A stretch of 64,000 nucleotides of DNA from the human T2T-CHM13v2.0 reference genome, Homo sapiens (GCF_009914755.1 NC_060927.1); one strand, 5' to 3'. Shown: positions 14,311-34,094, counted from the first letter of the stretch. Numbers and translations: made by a program. Notes: generated by a model not told the origin, from the sequence alone.

Positions 14311-14996
14311 AATACTCTTTGTCTTACTCTGGGATATGTCCTCTTTCATCCTTTTGATATTTAAGAAATGTTTTCCCTGACACAGATTGTATTATTTGTC
14401 AATCATTCTTTTTCTCCCACACTTGCTGTGGTTCACTGTGGGTATAATATTGATCTTGGAATTGACCACGTGTCTTGCTTGGGCTAATGGAATATGGAAA
14501 AAAATGACTATACAAATTCTAATCTGAAGAGACATTGTATATTCTCTCACCCTCTTGCATTCTGCCATCTGCTACAAGTTGAATAGGCACTGGAAGCTTC
14601 TAGTTCCAATATGACAGACATATAGCACAGAAATAAACCTGATTTACAACTTGAAGTAGAACTACCTGTCCAACTTATAAACTTTTGGAAAATAAAGGAA
14701 TGCTTTTTGTTACAAGCCACGAGATTTTTAGACATGTTTGTTATGTAGCAATATCAGAGCAGAATCTAACTTATACATCCTCAACTTTTAATTCTTCAAA
14801 ATCAGAAATCTATAAAACCATGAAAGAAGAGTAGAATGAATATCTATATGATCTTCACTTAAATTCATCCAATGTTAACATTGTGTCATTTTTATCCCAT
14901 CTGTCTTTCTTTTATTTTTGGGAGACCATTGAAAAATTTTAGGCATCTGATACTTTCATAAATACTTTAGTTTATAGAATGTCTAAGACTAAGAAC

Positions 14997-15315
14997 TGTC
15001 TTAGACAGTACAGGCTGCTGTAATAAAAATACCATACAGTGGTTGTTTAAACAACAGAAATTTATTTTTTACAGTTCCGAAGGCTGAGAAGTCTAAGATC
15101 AAGGTAATGGCCAATTTGGTTCCGGGCAAGGACCCTCTTCCTCACATGGTGGAGACAGAGAGATCATCTGTCTTGTATCTTTTCTTATAAGGGCACTAAT
15201 GCCCTTATAAGGGACCTAATTACCCCTCAAAGGCACTAGCCTAATACCATTACCTTGGGAATTAGGGTTTTAACGTAAGAATTTTGGGAGGACACAAACG
15301 TTCAGTCCACAGCAT
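14997..15315 (-). mobile_element. MaLR LTR (MLT1A-like)
   Basis: ggctgctgtaataaaaataccata...aacaacagaaatttattttt...gggaggacacaaacgttcagtccacagca. Confidence 0.75.
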
Positions 15316-16011
15316 AACATTCTGTCATTTCCATTAGTTCAACTTAATTTGAAATAGCGTATACATGATTAAAAATTATCTTAACTTTATCTCAAAAGAA
15401 ATGCACAAAAATGATCTAAACAATGTAATCTAATACCATAGAAAAAGTGATAATAGTGTAGGGACATGGTGTATAAAAAGCAACCACAGCCGACCCATAG
15501 TGAGTTGAAACTGTCCAACAACTTCTTGGAAAACATTATTTTCAATTTTATTAAATGTAAGTAAAGATGATGATTTATAAGTGCAGCTACATATATTTTA
15601 TCAGCATTACTGAGGGCTCAGGCAATGAAGTGTTTTAAGCTATCTAAGTTTAGTGGTGCATAAATCCATCCAGTGCCAACATGCTAGGGAGTGTAGAGAA
15701 TTATAGGCTGGCGTGAATTCCTAATGTGACTCAACATAATGTGTGTTGCCTGCTGAACACTTTTGAATGAATTGATGAAGATTTCCATGGGCCACACTCC
15801 TTTAAACTTCATGCTCAAGGTTGTTTCTTCTACGTTAGCAATAAAGACGTGAATAAATACCCAGAAAGGAGGAAGGAAAAAAAATCACAAACAGGTGTGG
15901 TTTAAAGAGGTAAAATAGTGTAAAAGGGACTTCTGAGCTAGACTTTGGCATCAGAAAGACCTGGGTTTTTATGCTAGGTCTATCCTTCGTTTCCTAATTA
16001 TCTTGGGCACA

Positions 16012-16312
<301 letters not shown>

Positions 16313-16949
16313 TAGGCAAATTTTTAAACTTCTCTGTGCTTGGTTTTCTCATCTATAAATTGGGAATAATAATGTCTACCTCAGTAGGTTTCATTGACTA
16401 GTAAATTATTAATCAAATATAATTATTTATGTGTTCATATTTACAGCATCCTCTGTAACCTTCCTGCTCCACAATAGACATGTGCCTTTGCTCATTTAGC
16501 TTGTCTTCCTTTCCCCATCTCTAAAAGACAGAGGCTTTTCAGGCTGATTCGATAATAACAGAGGAAAAAATAAGAGAAAAACCAGAGTCAGAGCAGCATG
16601 CTGCTGATCACACCCCTGCAGGAGGCAACATTAATTAGGGGGACAGAACTCATTGGGAGGATGATCACAGGGGTGGGATGTAACTGGGGGGTGAAAGAAG
16701 ACTCTTCTGGGGCACAGCTTACTTGGGAGGGAAGCACTGTGTCCATGAGCCCTCATATATTTTAGTAGATATAGGTCTGGACTGGAATCTGGGTTTAGTT
16801 GCAAACCACCCCAGGTTCTGGACTATGAAAGTTATAGTTCAACAGGAAACATGCGTACAGCTCTTAATACAGTGTCTTGCACATGGAAGTGGTTGGTAGC
16901 TAAGCATTTGAGTACATTTTTAGAGACAGTAGGCATCTTAGGGCCACCT

Positions 16950-17160
16950 AGTCCAGTGGTTCTCCAGCTTTAACTGTGAAAACCACTGAAGGTGCTTGTA
17001 TAAATCATGGCTTCTGGCTCCCATATCCATGGATTCTGGTTCTAGTCTGAGGTGAGACAGAAGCTGCCACTTTCTTTATTTTTATTTGTTTCTTGCCTTA
17101 TTCTTAATAAACACTTCTATGATTCTGATTCAGGTGGTCTATGAACTATAGCTTGAGCCT
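16950..17160. mobile_element. MER5-like hAT DNA transposon fossil
   Basis: cagtggttctc...gattctgattcaggtggtctatgaac. Confidence 0.55.
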
Positions 17161-20100
17161 AGATTCAGATGTTTCTATTTGTTAGTCCCCCTTCCTGGAG
17201 CTATTCTAGAGAAACTAACTCTCTTTTGCACGCACAATAAGGAATACACAAGGATAGTTACTCCAACATTTTTAGAGGTTAAAAATTGGAAACAGTTTAA
17301 CTAGCCCTCAATTGATAGACAGCTAACAAAAGTGTAGTACATTCTTATAATGCAATGCTATGCAACAATTAAAAGAGACTAAGGGAGATGTGTATTTTCT
17401 GATGTGGAAAAGTCTCTAAGACATATTGCTTCGCTAAAGCAAGTTACAGAACAAGATGTACAATGTGGAACTATTTATTAAACACAGAGTGAACAATACT
17501 ACCTATTTTAATGGGTATGTATATATACACACATATGGACATATGATATAAATGCTTAAAAGGGTTTGGAAGGGTTGATACACAATAACTGTGTTCATCT
17601 TAAGACAGCAGAAGCAGGAGATAGCAATTGAGGTGTTGTTCTTTGTAATGTTCTATATGTTTACAGGAAAAATGTATTTATATATTACTTGTGTAATTAA
17701 AAAAATCTATGAATAAAGACCTAGCTCAACTCCTTCATTTTATTAAGATAAGGAAACTGATATTTGTCTGCCAAGGGTCTCGGACAGTTTGGTAAACTCA
17801 TAGATACACCTCGTGTGCTCGATTGCTTATAACTGCTTGTAGCCAGTGCAGTAGCTTTCTTCATCATGCTCAGTTGAGCTAATTAGGCATTTTAGATGAG
17901 GTTGCAGTACCCATAGCCATATCCTCAGCATCAGGAGGAGGCAGTGACTGTTAAGAAAAGGCCAGCTGGGGCTGGACAGGGATATGCTAGGTAGTGGCTT
18001 GATTAAACTTGAACTTGTCAGTGTCTAACAGTGGTCAGTTCCCCAGAGGAGAACTAAAATGAGGAGGAGATAGATAGCTTCCAGAATGCCCATCAATTTG
18101 CAGTGAGAAATATAACTGCATGGGCTGCTGTCGTTACATCAGCCTGACCACAACATTCTATCGAAGTGAACAGCTAAGGAGAAAGCCAAGTGGTAAATAG
18201 AAATCTACTTTGTAACTTAGATGGCCAATCACTATATCAAATTATTTAAAGTCTTATGATCAACACCTTCTCTCAGAGGGAAGAATCAGAGAGCACTTGG
18301 TGAGTGTGGAATCTGAAGGAGAGGATTTACATTAATCAAAATATTTAATGGCAATCTGGCTAAATTAATTAGCTGCATCCAGCTCATCATGGAAATCAAC
18401 TTACTAATGGGAGTGAAATATTTAAGTCAGGTCATTGGCTTATGTTCCTTGGGACTGTCTGACTGGATGGTAATTCTGTTTATGCCATACACCCTCCTTT
18501 CTCTATGTTTTGATAGTTGTATATTATATATGTTAATATATTAAATCATATCACCATTTTTCTGCTCCAGGATTTAATTTGGTTATCTTTGTATCTCTGC
18601 TCTGATCCTCTTTGTGTTACTCTTACAGTTCAATGCCCGTTGCCATCTCTGGGTCTCCACAATTGGGGTGCTTTTATCCCTCTGATTTCCTCTACCTAGA
18701 TGATTCCTTTGTAATTCAGATTGTAGCAGCTTAAAGGTCAGCTTGTTAGAACAGCCTTCCCCAGCACCCAATCTAAAAAAGCCACTCATTCATTCTCTAT
18801 TACTTTATTTTAGTTTGTACGTGATACTTATTAGCTTTTAATATCTGATATTTACTGCTTATATGTGTGTGTTTTAATTTTTGGTTGTATTTCCCACCAG
18901 GATATGACCTTCATGAAAGCAGATCCTTGTCAATCTTTCTCCTCTGCTCTTTGCTCAGTACCTAGAACAGAATGCGGCACTTCGCAGGTTCTCATGAAAG
19001 CTGTTGAATGAATCAGTCAAGAAGCCCATAGCACTTTTGTAATTTACAAGTTTTTACATTGTAGCCCCCAGTGAAGACAAAGATATCTTTTTAGAAGTAA
19101 ATCTGGCCAAGAATCTATATATCTTTGTCAATTTTCAATGGGTGGCAGCTAATTCAGTAAAAGGGAGGCTGTGAATGGAGGAGAGGAGTGTGTGGTTCAG
19201 AAATGCCACCTAAGTGTCTATTCTGCTGCAGTGAGGGCTTACTCAACAATGGAAGCAGATGCTTCTGAATGCCTACATGCTGTCCAGATCACAGATTACA
19301 GTGGACACACTTCAGAAAACTATAGTATTTACTAAACAGGAGAGTTGTTTGTTGCTATGGTGCCATGACCTTAATGTATTAAAATGAAAGATAGTCCTAT
19401 AAACCAATGGCAATGGTGGACAAAGTCAGGCCATTGAAGAGCTAAGGCTTCAATATTCCCAAGACATTTGCATTTCATCAGATTTCAGAGCTTTTCTTTA
19501 GAGTTTGAAAAGGTTACCACTCCCCTTATCACAAGGCACTCACTTCTTATTGGGTAGGGGCAAACCTTGAAAGAAATAAAACAGACTACTGTGTAATGGT
19601 AAATGAGATTGAATTTTCCAATGTGCCACCTGGGAGAGGAATTGCTGACAAGGAAAGATCCATAAGGTAGGAGATGATTACAAACACTGATTTATTTTAT
19701 CTTCCAACCCAGCTTTTGCAATAAGATCCCAGGCTGAAAAAGGTCCTGTTGACATAATTTGCCTCTAGGAAATAAGAATATGAATAGAAATGATAAAACT
19801 ATGCAATTGATAAAAGGTAGTTTTTCCTTTCTGGTATTAAATCTGTTTTTGTTTGATTTTTGGAGTATGGAAGTTTGTGGCATGGAGCATAGAATCATTC
19901 TTCATTTTAAAGTTACTAAATTTGTGAATATCTGTGAGATAAGTAAAATAAATTCTAAAGAGAGAATATAACATATTGGCATTACTGAGGTAGAACTACA
20001 CATTTTTGGTATTATGCAGTAATTAATATCTGTCAAGATGATGTGCAACAAACTTCTTAAAAATCAGATTTTGTTCAGATTATAACAGTGTGGTATATCT

Positions 20101-23100
20101 TCAGTTAAGACAATACAGGTGCATAAAAATATGGTTCCTCTCATAACAATGATCTGATAAGAGAAAAAGGTATTTTGCTTTTAAAAATGTATTATGCCTG
20201 TGCTATTTATGGAACAATTATGAATAATAATAAAAATTTAATATGCATTTAGTTTTCTGTGATAGAATTAGTGGAACATTACATTTTTACATATATTTTA
20301 TTTTCATTTTATCTTCACTCCCTCCTGTAAAGGATTTATAATTCATGAATAAAAATTAACTGCTGGCTTAAACTTGACTTGTGGGTTTTTAGGAAAGAAA
20401 CTGATGTTTATATATTATGTTCTGTCTATCAGTATTCAGGGAAAATCTGTATTGCTATCTATTTAGATGCTAAAAGCTATTCGCATTTTGAAATTTCATA
20501 AAGAACTCTGTCATTTATTTTTCATTTTGAAAAGCCAGTTTTTCTAGTAATATATCTGCACTAAAAGAAAAAAGAAGAAAATGCTATGCTTCTATGATAA
20601 TGAAGTCAGACAAGTCATTAAACAGGAGAATTTCATCTAAAGATCCTTCTAAGAAACAATGCTTCTCCTGAAATTCACATTTTATCAATTCCTATTCTCT
20701 TCTTTCCCCTTAAATTCATTGGCAAAAACCCAAAATAAAACTAAGGTATAATTTTGAATCTTTAAAACAATTAACTAGAGATATACAAGGTATCAAAGAA
20801 GATATTTAATTAAAACATGACATCCTTTGTCCCATTTCCTTTATTCTTGAGTAAAGACTAGACAGTTGGCTGCTTTTTTCAATTTCTGGGATTTATGAGA
20901 TATTAAGCAAGAGTCCATATTAGAAAAGAAACTTTATTTTCATTTATGTGATACCTGCTGTAGTAATATGACATTTACTATAATTTAGTCCTACTGGTAG
21001 CTTATAAGATTTGAAATCTCAGTGCTTTGCATAACCTCCTTCCAAGTGTTTTAATTGACATTCTGCTATGATGAACCCCACACACCATTACCTGGCTAAT
21101 TGCTTGAGTTACAGTGCTTATACAATGTCATTCTTTGTCCTTGGTCTTTTGGGGTATTAAATAGCAAGGCTGTCCTGAGAGAGGAAGTTACTGCTGTGTT
21201 TTCATGTGATGCATTAACCTCTTGGTAGCTTTGTCAGGGACAGACTCCCTTCTGTTCTTCTCTGGGCTGATCCCAAACCTGATGCTTATCAGAGCTATCT
21301 TATTCTCAACTTTCTAGGGGAGCCCTTGACTTCTAAAGGGTCTTCCAGAGCCACCGCCACAGGCAGAGTTTTCCATGAGCTGACTCTGAAGCCATGGAAT
21401 GGGCTCTGGACCAAGTGACAAAATGAGAATGTAATGATATTTAAATCTTCAGCACTGACTATGATTAGACAGGATTTGTTAGGAAAAGAATCTTAATACA
21501 TTAGAAGTAGAAAAGGGTTTAGAGCTGGCTCTTCTAGTCTGAATTCATTGTTTTTAATGGAAGGACACTACTTTTCTCCTGATAAAGGGACTTACCCTAG
21601 CCTCAGGCAGCTGTTAGTGACCCAGGATCAGGGCTCCCTTTTATGAGCCCAGATCCAAGATTATGTCTTGAAGTCTGATGCCAAATTGTGGAGTTTGAGC
21701 AAAGCAGGAGAGTGCTAGGGTCACCATGCCAACACACCCCAAAAAACTGCCATGTAGCCGATAATCCTCTCATGTTTTCTACCACAGGTCAGTGACGATG
21801 GCTTTGTGAATAGTGAAGGGTAATTAGGGGGTTCTCGAGGACTTTTTGAGAACTAGAGACAGAGTAAGAACCAACTCTTGTACCTATTATTTAGATTGTC
21901 CCTAAATTGACTTTTCTTGGAAACTTCTGATTAAAATGTAACGGGGCCTGCTCTTCCCTTGATCCATGATTCTAAATGGCTCTGAAACTAGTTCATATTC
22001 CAATGGACAACATAAAAATGGATATCTTTTGGGATATGTAATGTCTGTTGACATCTTCAAACTTCTGATTCTTCTGATGTTTGTTTATAAGAATATCTGA
22101 GCCCTGGAATAGGTTTAGAACTCTCTGGATTGAAAATAAAAAGATCTTAAACATTGTAGAAATGAAAGACATATGGGAGTTGGGTAATTGAAAATAGTTT
22201 AATAATAAAGCATTTGTTTAATGCCATATCTTTAGTAGTTATATTTCATATTCGAGTGCCTTACATGCGAGCATTCAAGTAAGCTGATAAAAGAATCAAC
22301 ACAGGCTTTCAACACTGAGAAGCCAGGTTATCAACCGAAAGTAAGCTGTTAGTAATGAAAATTCCGTATCTATCACCTTATCTGAAAAACATCTTTCGCT
22401 TCAAAGACAAATTCCTTTTCTTTAAAGCCCACTCATCTGGTAGATTCTGTATCCTGATGCTTCCTCAGAACCTCCCCTTTAGGACAGCTCTGGTTAATTT
22501 TGGATAGACTGGATGGAGCAGGAATGAGCTAGCTCCCATTTATTTTACACAATAATTCCCTCCTGAGAAATACCCTACAACAGGCATTCGGCTTGGTCTC
22601 CAAAAAGGTGAAGAGGTTTGCTTACTTATTTTAATGGATATATAAATTCTTCATATCAAAGAAGCAGAAAAGTCTCAGTGAAATTTTACTTCATGGAGAG
22701 TTTCTAACATGGAACTGGTTTGACTCCATCATGGGTTTTTGTTAACATGCCAAAATTTAACAAAAATGTATTATGGACATATATAAGTTTTAAATTCAGG
22801 AGTGCAATAACAACTTTGATAGATTATTAACTGCTGCCAGGACCAGTTTATTAACTGGTAAGTGAACAAATCCATCAACATGTCTGGACCCCATTGCTTT
22901 ATCTTTTAAACCATTAACGAACTTTATTTTTTAAAGCAGTTTTAGGTTTACTAAAAAATTAAGCAGAAAGAACAGAGAGTTCCCATATACCACCCTCCCT
23001 CACTCTTCACACCCAACTCCCCATTGCTTTTTTAATCAGTGGAATATATCAGCCTGCAAAATTTAATTCAGGCTCGTTATCCAGCCACACACCCACAGAT

Positions 23101-24881
23101 GCACACTGTCCCTTTCCCTCACCTCCTTTAGTTCTCTTTTTTCCTAAAATAAGAAAACTACTATAGCGGATATACTCAGAATCACTGTGAGGGAAATAAA
23201 AATGGTGAAACTAAGGAGTAATAATTTTCTTCTTGCCTTTGCCTAATCTGATCCTTAAAAGTTTCTTTAAAGGTTGTGGAGACATGGAGCTAGGGCTTAT
23301 TGTTGTGACCAAATTTAGGCTACATTTTTACCTGTCTACTCACCCATGCAGGTGACTTAACTTTTCTACCAACTAATTGCCGAGTTATTCCTTGGTCCTG
23401 CCCTAGCTTGATTGCTCTGATAAGTGCAGTTCCTTCTCCTATGCCGTGGGTCCTGACTGTCACTTGTAACATTCTGCTTCCTGTTCTACAGCTTTGATTT
23501 AAGGCAGGATGAGAGGAGAAGAGGAGGAATTGAAAAAGTGATGGCATCCATAGAGGCAAAAAGCCTCCACATTTGCAGCTGGACTGTTTTTATGGTATAT
23601 TCTGAACGAAAGCCAATCCCTTTCCATCTGAGAGAAAAATGCTGAGAATGTTTTAATTTTCTTCATACTTCTTAAATACAAGAAGCATTTAACTTGGTAG
23701 AATGTAATGTTATATTCAATGTCCTTAATAAAATTGTAATGGATTCACTTATTTAGACACTCTGGAAGAAATAGCCTTTCACTAGACAATAGAAATAATG
23801 ATGCTTTTGCTGCATCTATCAACACAAAGAGATGGGCACGTCTATCAGAGCTGATTACAATCACTCTGGAATTGCTCTTAAAAAGTAAAGTGGGAAATAG
23901 AAATCTGTAGTTACAAAGTTTCTCTTTCTTCCTTTTGATGTGGCAATTTGTGAATGAACTCAAGATTTGAGCTCTAAATGACTCCCTGTCTGAGTTTACT
24001 AGAAGAAGTGGGGCAAGAGGAAATAACTTATCAGAAATTCTCCCCTAATTTATCTTCACGGCTGCATAGCGTTGAAGGTGCAATGCTAGGCACCTTAAAA
24101 AGGAAAATAGGATTGTTTGATGGATGTAGCTCTGAGGAAGGCGATGTAAGTAGTGGCAGCAACTGCCTCTACCCATTTTCCTTCTCCTGATATTCTTGTG
24201 TAATATTCTCTTGTCTGAAATAAACTTTCCTTGTCACTCTTTATCAAATACTTCTATTTATTTTCTCTATAGCACCTAATTACAGTCTGAAATGTTTATT
24301 TCTTTACCACATGTTATTTATTACTCTCACTGGAATGTAAGCTTTATGAGAGCATATATTTTATTCTATAACTCCTGAATATAATTTGGTGCCTGACACA
24401 GAGTAGGTTTTAATAAACATTTGTTGACTGAATATAAGGAAGAGTGAAAAGAAGAAAGAGAAGCATGAGTATGAGAAGAAACACAGCATGAAATATTGCT
24501 CTAAATAAAATGATGTGAGACATTAAAAGTAGCTATTCAAATAGCAAACGAATGCTATAGACATAATGGTTCATTTTATAATTCTATAGAACTGTACAGG
24601 GTCAGAGGAGAAGAATGCTTTATATAAGGTTAAGAAGAAAAGGTCACCAGTTTTGCAGCCCAAACAATATATGCACACATATCCATGTGCCTAAAACTAT
24701 TTCAACAGTATTTATATTAGAATTAGCATTCAAGAGTACAACTGGAATACAATATTCGTATGGGAAATATATTTGAAGGCTCAGAACATTGTGGGAGTGC
24801 TATGGTTTGAATATATCCCCCAAGGTTCATGTGATAAAAACCTAATTCTCAATGCAACAGTGTTGAGAGGTGATTACCTAA

Positions 24882-28211
<3,330 letters not shown>

Positions 28212-30181
28212 AATGTTTGCAGTCTAGGCAATCTTCAGGATAAGTAAAAGGGTTTCCTGTACTTAGGTTCTCTAATTAAGGATCCCAAACTCCTATTTTG
28301 ATTTTTACTTGTAGCCCTTCTGTTAAGATCTACACCTACTTTAGGCTTAGCATTTAAGTTATGTTTTATTGTTTTAGCGACTTAAAATTTGGTCAGGGGC
28401 CCTTACTTGCTTCACTCATTGTGGAAATTTTGTTTGGCTGGAATTTTATGTTTTTACACAATCATGAAAAATTCTGGTTACAAGAAGTGACGTATTTGCA
28501 TCATCAGTCAAGTTACTACCAACTCCTGTTCCACTGTCTTTCGAAGAACTTCATGTTTTCCTCATCTCCAAATTCTTGGGGAGCCTTATCACAATCAAAG
28601 TGCTGCCAACATTATCCTTTAACATCTGTGTTTAAATCGGGAAGCAGGAAACCACAATGCAAAGGAAACATATATGAGGACAATCCATGCCCTTCAATAG
28701 GGAGGCTGAACACCTTCCTCATACTGATTAGCTCTGTTCATTACTTTCTGTAACTCTTTGACCTCTTGTCAGATATGCTGTCTGTAACTTTGTTTGCCTC
28801 ACACCAATAGGTTCTACTGCAGACTTCTCATCTCTCTCCTTTCTCATTGCTCTCATTAAGTTCCCATTTCCTGTCTGCAGAAAGTCACTTTCTTCTACTG
28901 AAAGACCCAGAGTTGAGCTTCATGAAGGGGCCAACTCAGTTCACTTTTGCAACATCTCTGATCACTCATTAATCCCCAGGAAGCATGGCACAGTGGGAAG
29001 TGCATGGGATGACTTTGGGGTCAAAACCTAGATTTTAATCCCAGCCCCACTACTTGCTAATAATGTGATTTTGTGCAGGCTACTTAATCTCTCTGTGCCT
29101 CAGTTTTAGAATCCATTATATGGGCATAGTAAATCTTATCTTGCATGGTTCCTGTGTGGTATAATTGAATAACAATTATAAATAACTAGGACAATGTCTC
29201 CCATGCTCTCCCTTTTCCTCCCTGTCCCACTGGCTATCTCTTGCTTGCACCCTCAGGACTGGCTTACCAAGATGCTGTCATAACGTCTTTGCAGGGTCAA
29301 AAATACTTTGTATGTATGGAAGACTAACACAGATACGTTTAGTAGGGAAAAAGAAAGGCTATTTTCTCACATGACCTCACTTGTCTAAAGAACGTAAGAA
29401 ATATCTTAGAGTATTAACACTGAGCATTCTGCAAACCCTAATTCTTCTTAAAATGGTGAGAGAATTAAAAGCCACCAATATTTCCCTTCAAGCCTTCTGC
29501 CAAATCTCTGATTTTTCTTTTGCCCAAATACGTGGGCCTGGTTATTTTTGAATGTTTACGGCAAAAAGGATCCTTAGGGATGGGGCCAGGTTTTACTTTT
29601 CCTTGTATTCTGGGACCCCACATAGACTTCTTAGATGCTCAAATAAATGTTTGTTGAACAAACGAATATTTTATTGAATGCAATTGTGTGAAGCAATGAA
29701 AGTTTAATTATTTTATATCCAGACAGAATATTTCTGTGTTCTAGTTTTTGCTGGGACTGGATTTAGCTGGCTGATGCATTGTATCTGTGTTTGATGTCCT
29801 CATTCTTGTGGAATGAAGAGTATATATGTGTGTGTGGGAATCTGCATTTGGGGACAGAAGGGCCTATATTTGGGAAGATGCAATGTGATCAGCTGCTTTT
29901 CACATTTTCTTCCATTTCCTCTGTTGTGTTTCATCTCTCATTACTAGACTATAAATTCTCTGAGGACAATGACCATGCCTCATGTTTGTTGTTACCGTAT
30001 ATAATATTTTCGGGCTTGTTAAATATTGGTTGAATGGATGAACACGGTAGCAAAGACAACTCAAAGGAAAGTTAGCATTTTTTATCTTTATATGATTTTG
30101 GAAACAAAGCATCCTATCTTTCTCCTTTTTTTATCTGCACTGATTTATATTTGTTTCATCCATAGCTCTGTTCCATGGAGC

Positions 30182-30243
30182 TACCTTTGGATTTATTGTT
30201 CTTTAATCTCATTACCTTTGGATTTATTGTTCTTTAATCTCAT
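30182..30243. repeat. Perfect 31-bp tandem duplication
   Basis: tacctttggatttattgttctttaatctcat x2. Confidence 0.95.
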
Positions 30244-30434
30244 CTTTATAAATGCCACATGATTTGTGGAAAAGGGTTTAGACTCTGAAATTAAAGAGAA
30301 CTTGATCTATAACTTACAGGTTATGTGACCCTGGGGAAGGTACGTAACCTCTTGGTGCTTTTTACCTCATCTGTGAAGGTGAATAATAGTGTCACCTACC
30401 TGCTGGAGCTGGCTTTGTTTCCCCTTAAGTTAAG

Positions 30435-32533
30435 AATCTTTTCCAACTTTTATTTCAGGTTCAGGGGGTATGTGTGCAGGTTTGTTACCTGGGTATGTTG
30501 TATGATGCTGAGGTTTGAGGTACAAATGATCCCATCCTCAGGTACTGAGCATAGTACCCTACAGTTAGTTGTTCAAAACTTGCCTCCATCCCTCCCTATG
30601 CCCTCTAGTAGTCTTCAGTTTTTATTGTTGTCATCTTTATGTCCATGACTACCCAATGTTTAGCTTCCACTTATGAGAACATGTGGTATTTGGTTGTCTG
30701 TTCTTGCATTAATTTGGTTATGATAATGGCCTCTAGCTGCATCTATGTTGCTTCAAAGGACATGATCCCCTTCTTTTTTATGGCTGCATAGTATTCCATG
30801 GTGTATATGTACCACATTTTCTTCATCCAGTCCACTGTTGATAGGTACCTAGATTGATTTCATGTCTTTGTTATTGCAAAAAATGGTGCAATGAACATGC
30901 TAGTGCATGTGTCTTTTTGGGAGAAAAATTTGTTTTCTTTTGGAAAATCCAGTAATAGGATTGCTGGGTCAAATAGTAATTCTGTTTTAAGTTCCTTGAG
31001 GAATCTTCAAACTGCTTTCCATAGTAGTTGAATTAATTTACACTCCCATCAACCGTGTACAAGCATTCCCTTTTCTTCTCATCTTCACTGAAATCTGTTA
31101 GTTTTTGACTTTTTAATAGTAGTCATTTTGACTAGTGTGAGATGGTATCTCATTGTGGTTTTGATTTGCATTTTTCTTTTGATTAGTGATGCTGAGCATT
31201 TTTTCATGTTTGTTGGCAGCTTTCATGTCTTCTTTTGAGAAGTGTCAGCTAATGTCATGTGCCCATTTTTTAATGTGATAATTTGTTTTTTTGCTTGTTG
31301 AACTGTTTAAGTTCCTTATAGATTGACTATTAAATCTTTTCAGATGATAATTTGAGAATATTTTCTTCCATTTGGTAGGTTGTCTCTTTACTCTGTTGAT
31401 TGTTTCTTTTGCTGTGCTGAAGCTCCTTGGTTTAATTAGGTGCCACTTGTCAATTTTTCTTTTTGTTGCAATTGCTTTTGAGGGCTTAGTCATAATTTTT
31501 TTGGCCAAGGCTGATGTCCAGAATGGTATTTTCTAGGCTTTTTTTTTTCTTGGATTCTTATAGTTTGAGGTCTTACATTTAAATCTGTAATCCATCTTGA
31601 GTTAATTTTTGCATAGAGTGAAAGGTAGGGGTCCAGTTTCATTCTTCTTCATATGGCTAGCCAGCTATCACAGGACAATTTACTGAATAGGGAGTCCTTT
31701 CTGCATCGCTTATTTTTGTTGACTTTATCAAAGATCAGATGGTCATAGTTGTGTGGCTTTATTTCTAGATACTCTATCCTGTTCCACTGGTCTATGTGTC
31801 TGTTTTTGTACCAGTACCTTGCTGTTTTGGTTATCGTAGCCTTACAGTATAGTTTGAAATCAGGTAATGTGATGCCTTTGGCTTTGTTCTTTTTGCTTAG
31901 GATTGCTTTGGCTATTAGGGCTCTTTTTCTAGACCCACATGAATTTTAGAGTAGTTTTTTCTAGTCATATGAAAAGTGACATTGATAGATTGAAAGGAAT
32001 AGTGTTGCATCTATCAATTGCTTTGGGCAGTATGACCACTTTAACAATATTGATTCTTCTAATCCATGAGCATGGAATGTTTTTTCATTTATTTGTGTCA
32101 TGTCTGACTTCTTTCAGCAGTGTTTTGTAGTTCTTCTTGTAGTTCTCCAGATCTCTTACTTCCTTCCTTAGATGTACTCTTAGGTATTTTTTTTCGTGGC
32201 CATTGTAAATGGAATTACAATCTTGATTTGACTCCCAGCTTGAATGTTATTGGTGTACAGAAATTCTACTCGTTTTTGTACATTGACCTTCTTTCCTGAA
32301 ACTTTGCTGAAATTATTTATCAGTCCCAGGAGAATTTTGGCAGTCTTTAGGGTTTTCTAGGTATAGAATAATATTTTCTGCAAAGAGAGAGAGTTTGACT
32401 TCTTCTTTTCCTATTTGAATGCCATTTATTTCTTTCTCTTGTCTGATTGCTCTGGCTAGTACTTTCAGTACTATGTTGAATAGGAGTGGTGAGAGAGAGC
32501 ATCATCGTCATGTTCCAGTTCTCAAGGGGGAAT
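30435..32533 (-). mobile_element. 5'-truncated primate L1 (older L1PA/L1PB) about 1 kb upstream of the OTOL1 ATG
   Basis: Antisense L1 3'UTR and ORF2; ORF 31245..31508 ([16 protein letters not shown]) is a decayed ORF2 segment. Confidence 0.92.
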
Positions 32534-33508
32534 GGAGAGCTGTTGTGAGACCTGATTAGATTGATTAATGTACGGCATCTACTCAGAGTAGGGACTGTAT
32601 AAACAGTAGACCTTTTTAATTTCTTTATTTCCATTCTATTTACTCTCTTACTATTTATCTTAATTATGGCTGCCTTCTCCTATCAGGAAATGTGGATTTA
32701 TAGCCCTGGCTCTCTGTTAGCACCCCTTAGACTACTGGGAGTTGATTTGGAATGGAATACTCTGAACTATCAAAATTTCACCTCATTAGAAACCTTACAT
32801 CATATCACTTTGGACATTGCCAAAGCTCTTTTTAGAATAACCACATTTTGCCCCATTAAAATAATACAAGAATAAACATGAATTTCTAGAAAAACTCCCC
32901 AAATTACAAAGCAAAGAGGTGGAGAGTTAAATGCCATGTGAAGAATCTAAGAATGTAGCATATATTCAAATTTATTATTTTTAATTGTCTCTCTCTTCAC
33001 TTATTAAAATAGATTTTAAAAAATTGCTCTCACTACAGGACCATTATCCTTAGTAGATTTAAGGACTATTTCACCATATTTTTTCTTGAAATAATTGAGT
33101 TTGCTGGAATAAACTACTCAGTTCAATATTTTTCATCTCCCTCTAATACAAATGTATTTGATTTCTATAAATCTGAGTGAAATCAGTCAGGAAATTATAC
33201 ACATTTATCTTCCACAGGGTATATGAGCTATTGAGTCATGTTGTATTTATTGTAGATCATGTTTGCTATTTGGCCAGATAGTTTGAATAGTTGGGAACAA
33301 TATATAATACTAAGAAAATAACCAGAAAGATGAATGGAAGTAAAGTGTTCTTTATAATAAATAAGTACATAAAATATTCTGTAGTGATTCAAGTACACAT
33401 TTACATGTAAAATATATTGAAAATATATCATTCTATATTATGCATATCATTCATTCTTATGATTCATATACATATATATTTCTTTTATATGAGTATATGT
33501 TTATATGA

Positions 33509-33988
<480 letters not shown>

Positions 33989-34094
33989 TAGAGTTGAGAG
34001 GTAGGTTGTCGGGTGAAATTGCCCCAGGAGTTTCTACGTTGTTATGCAAATAGTAACAGGTCTAGGTGTCACATTGTTACAAATGTAAATGGGT

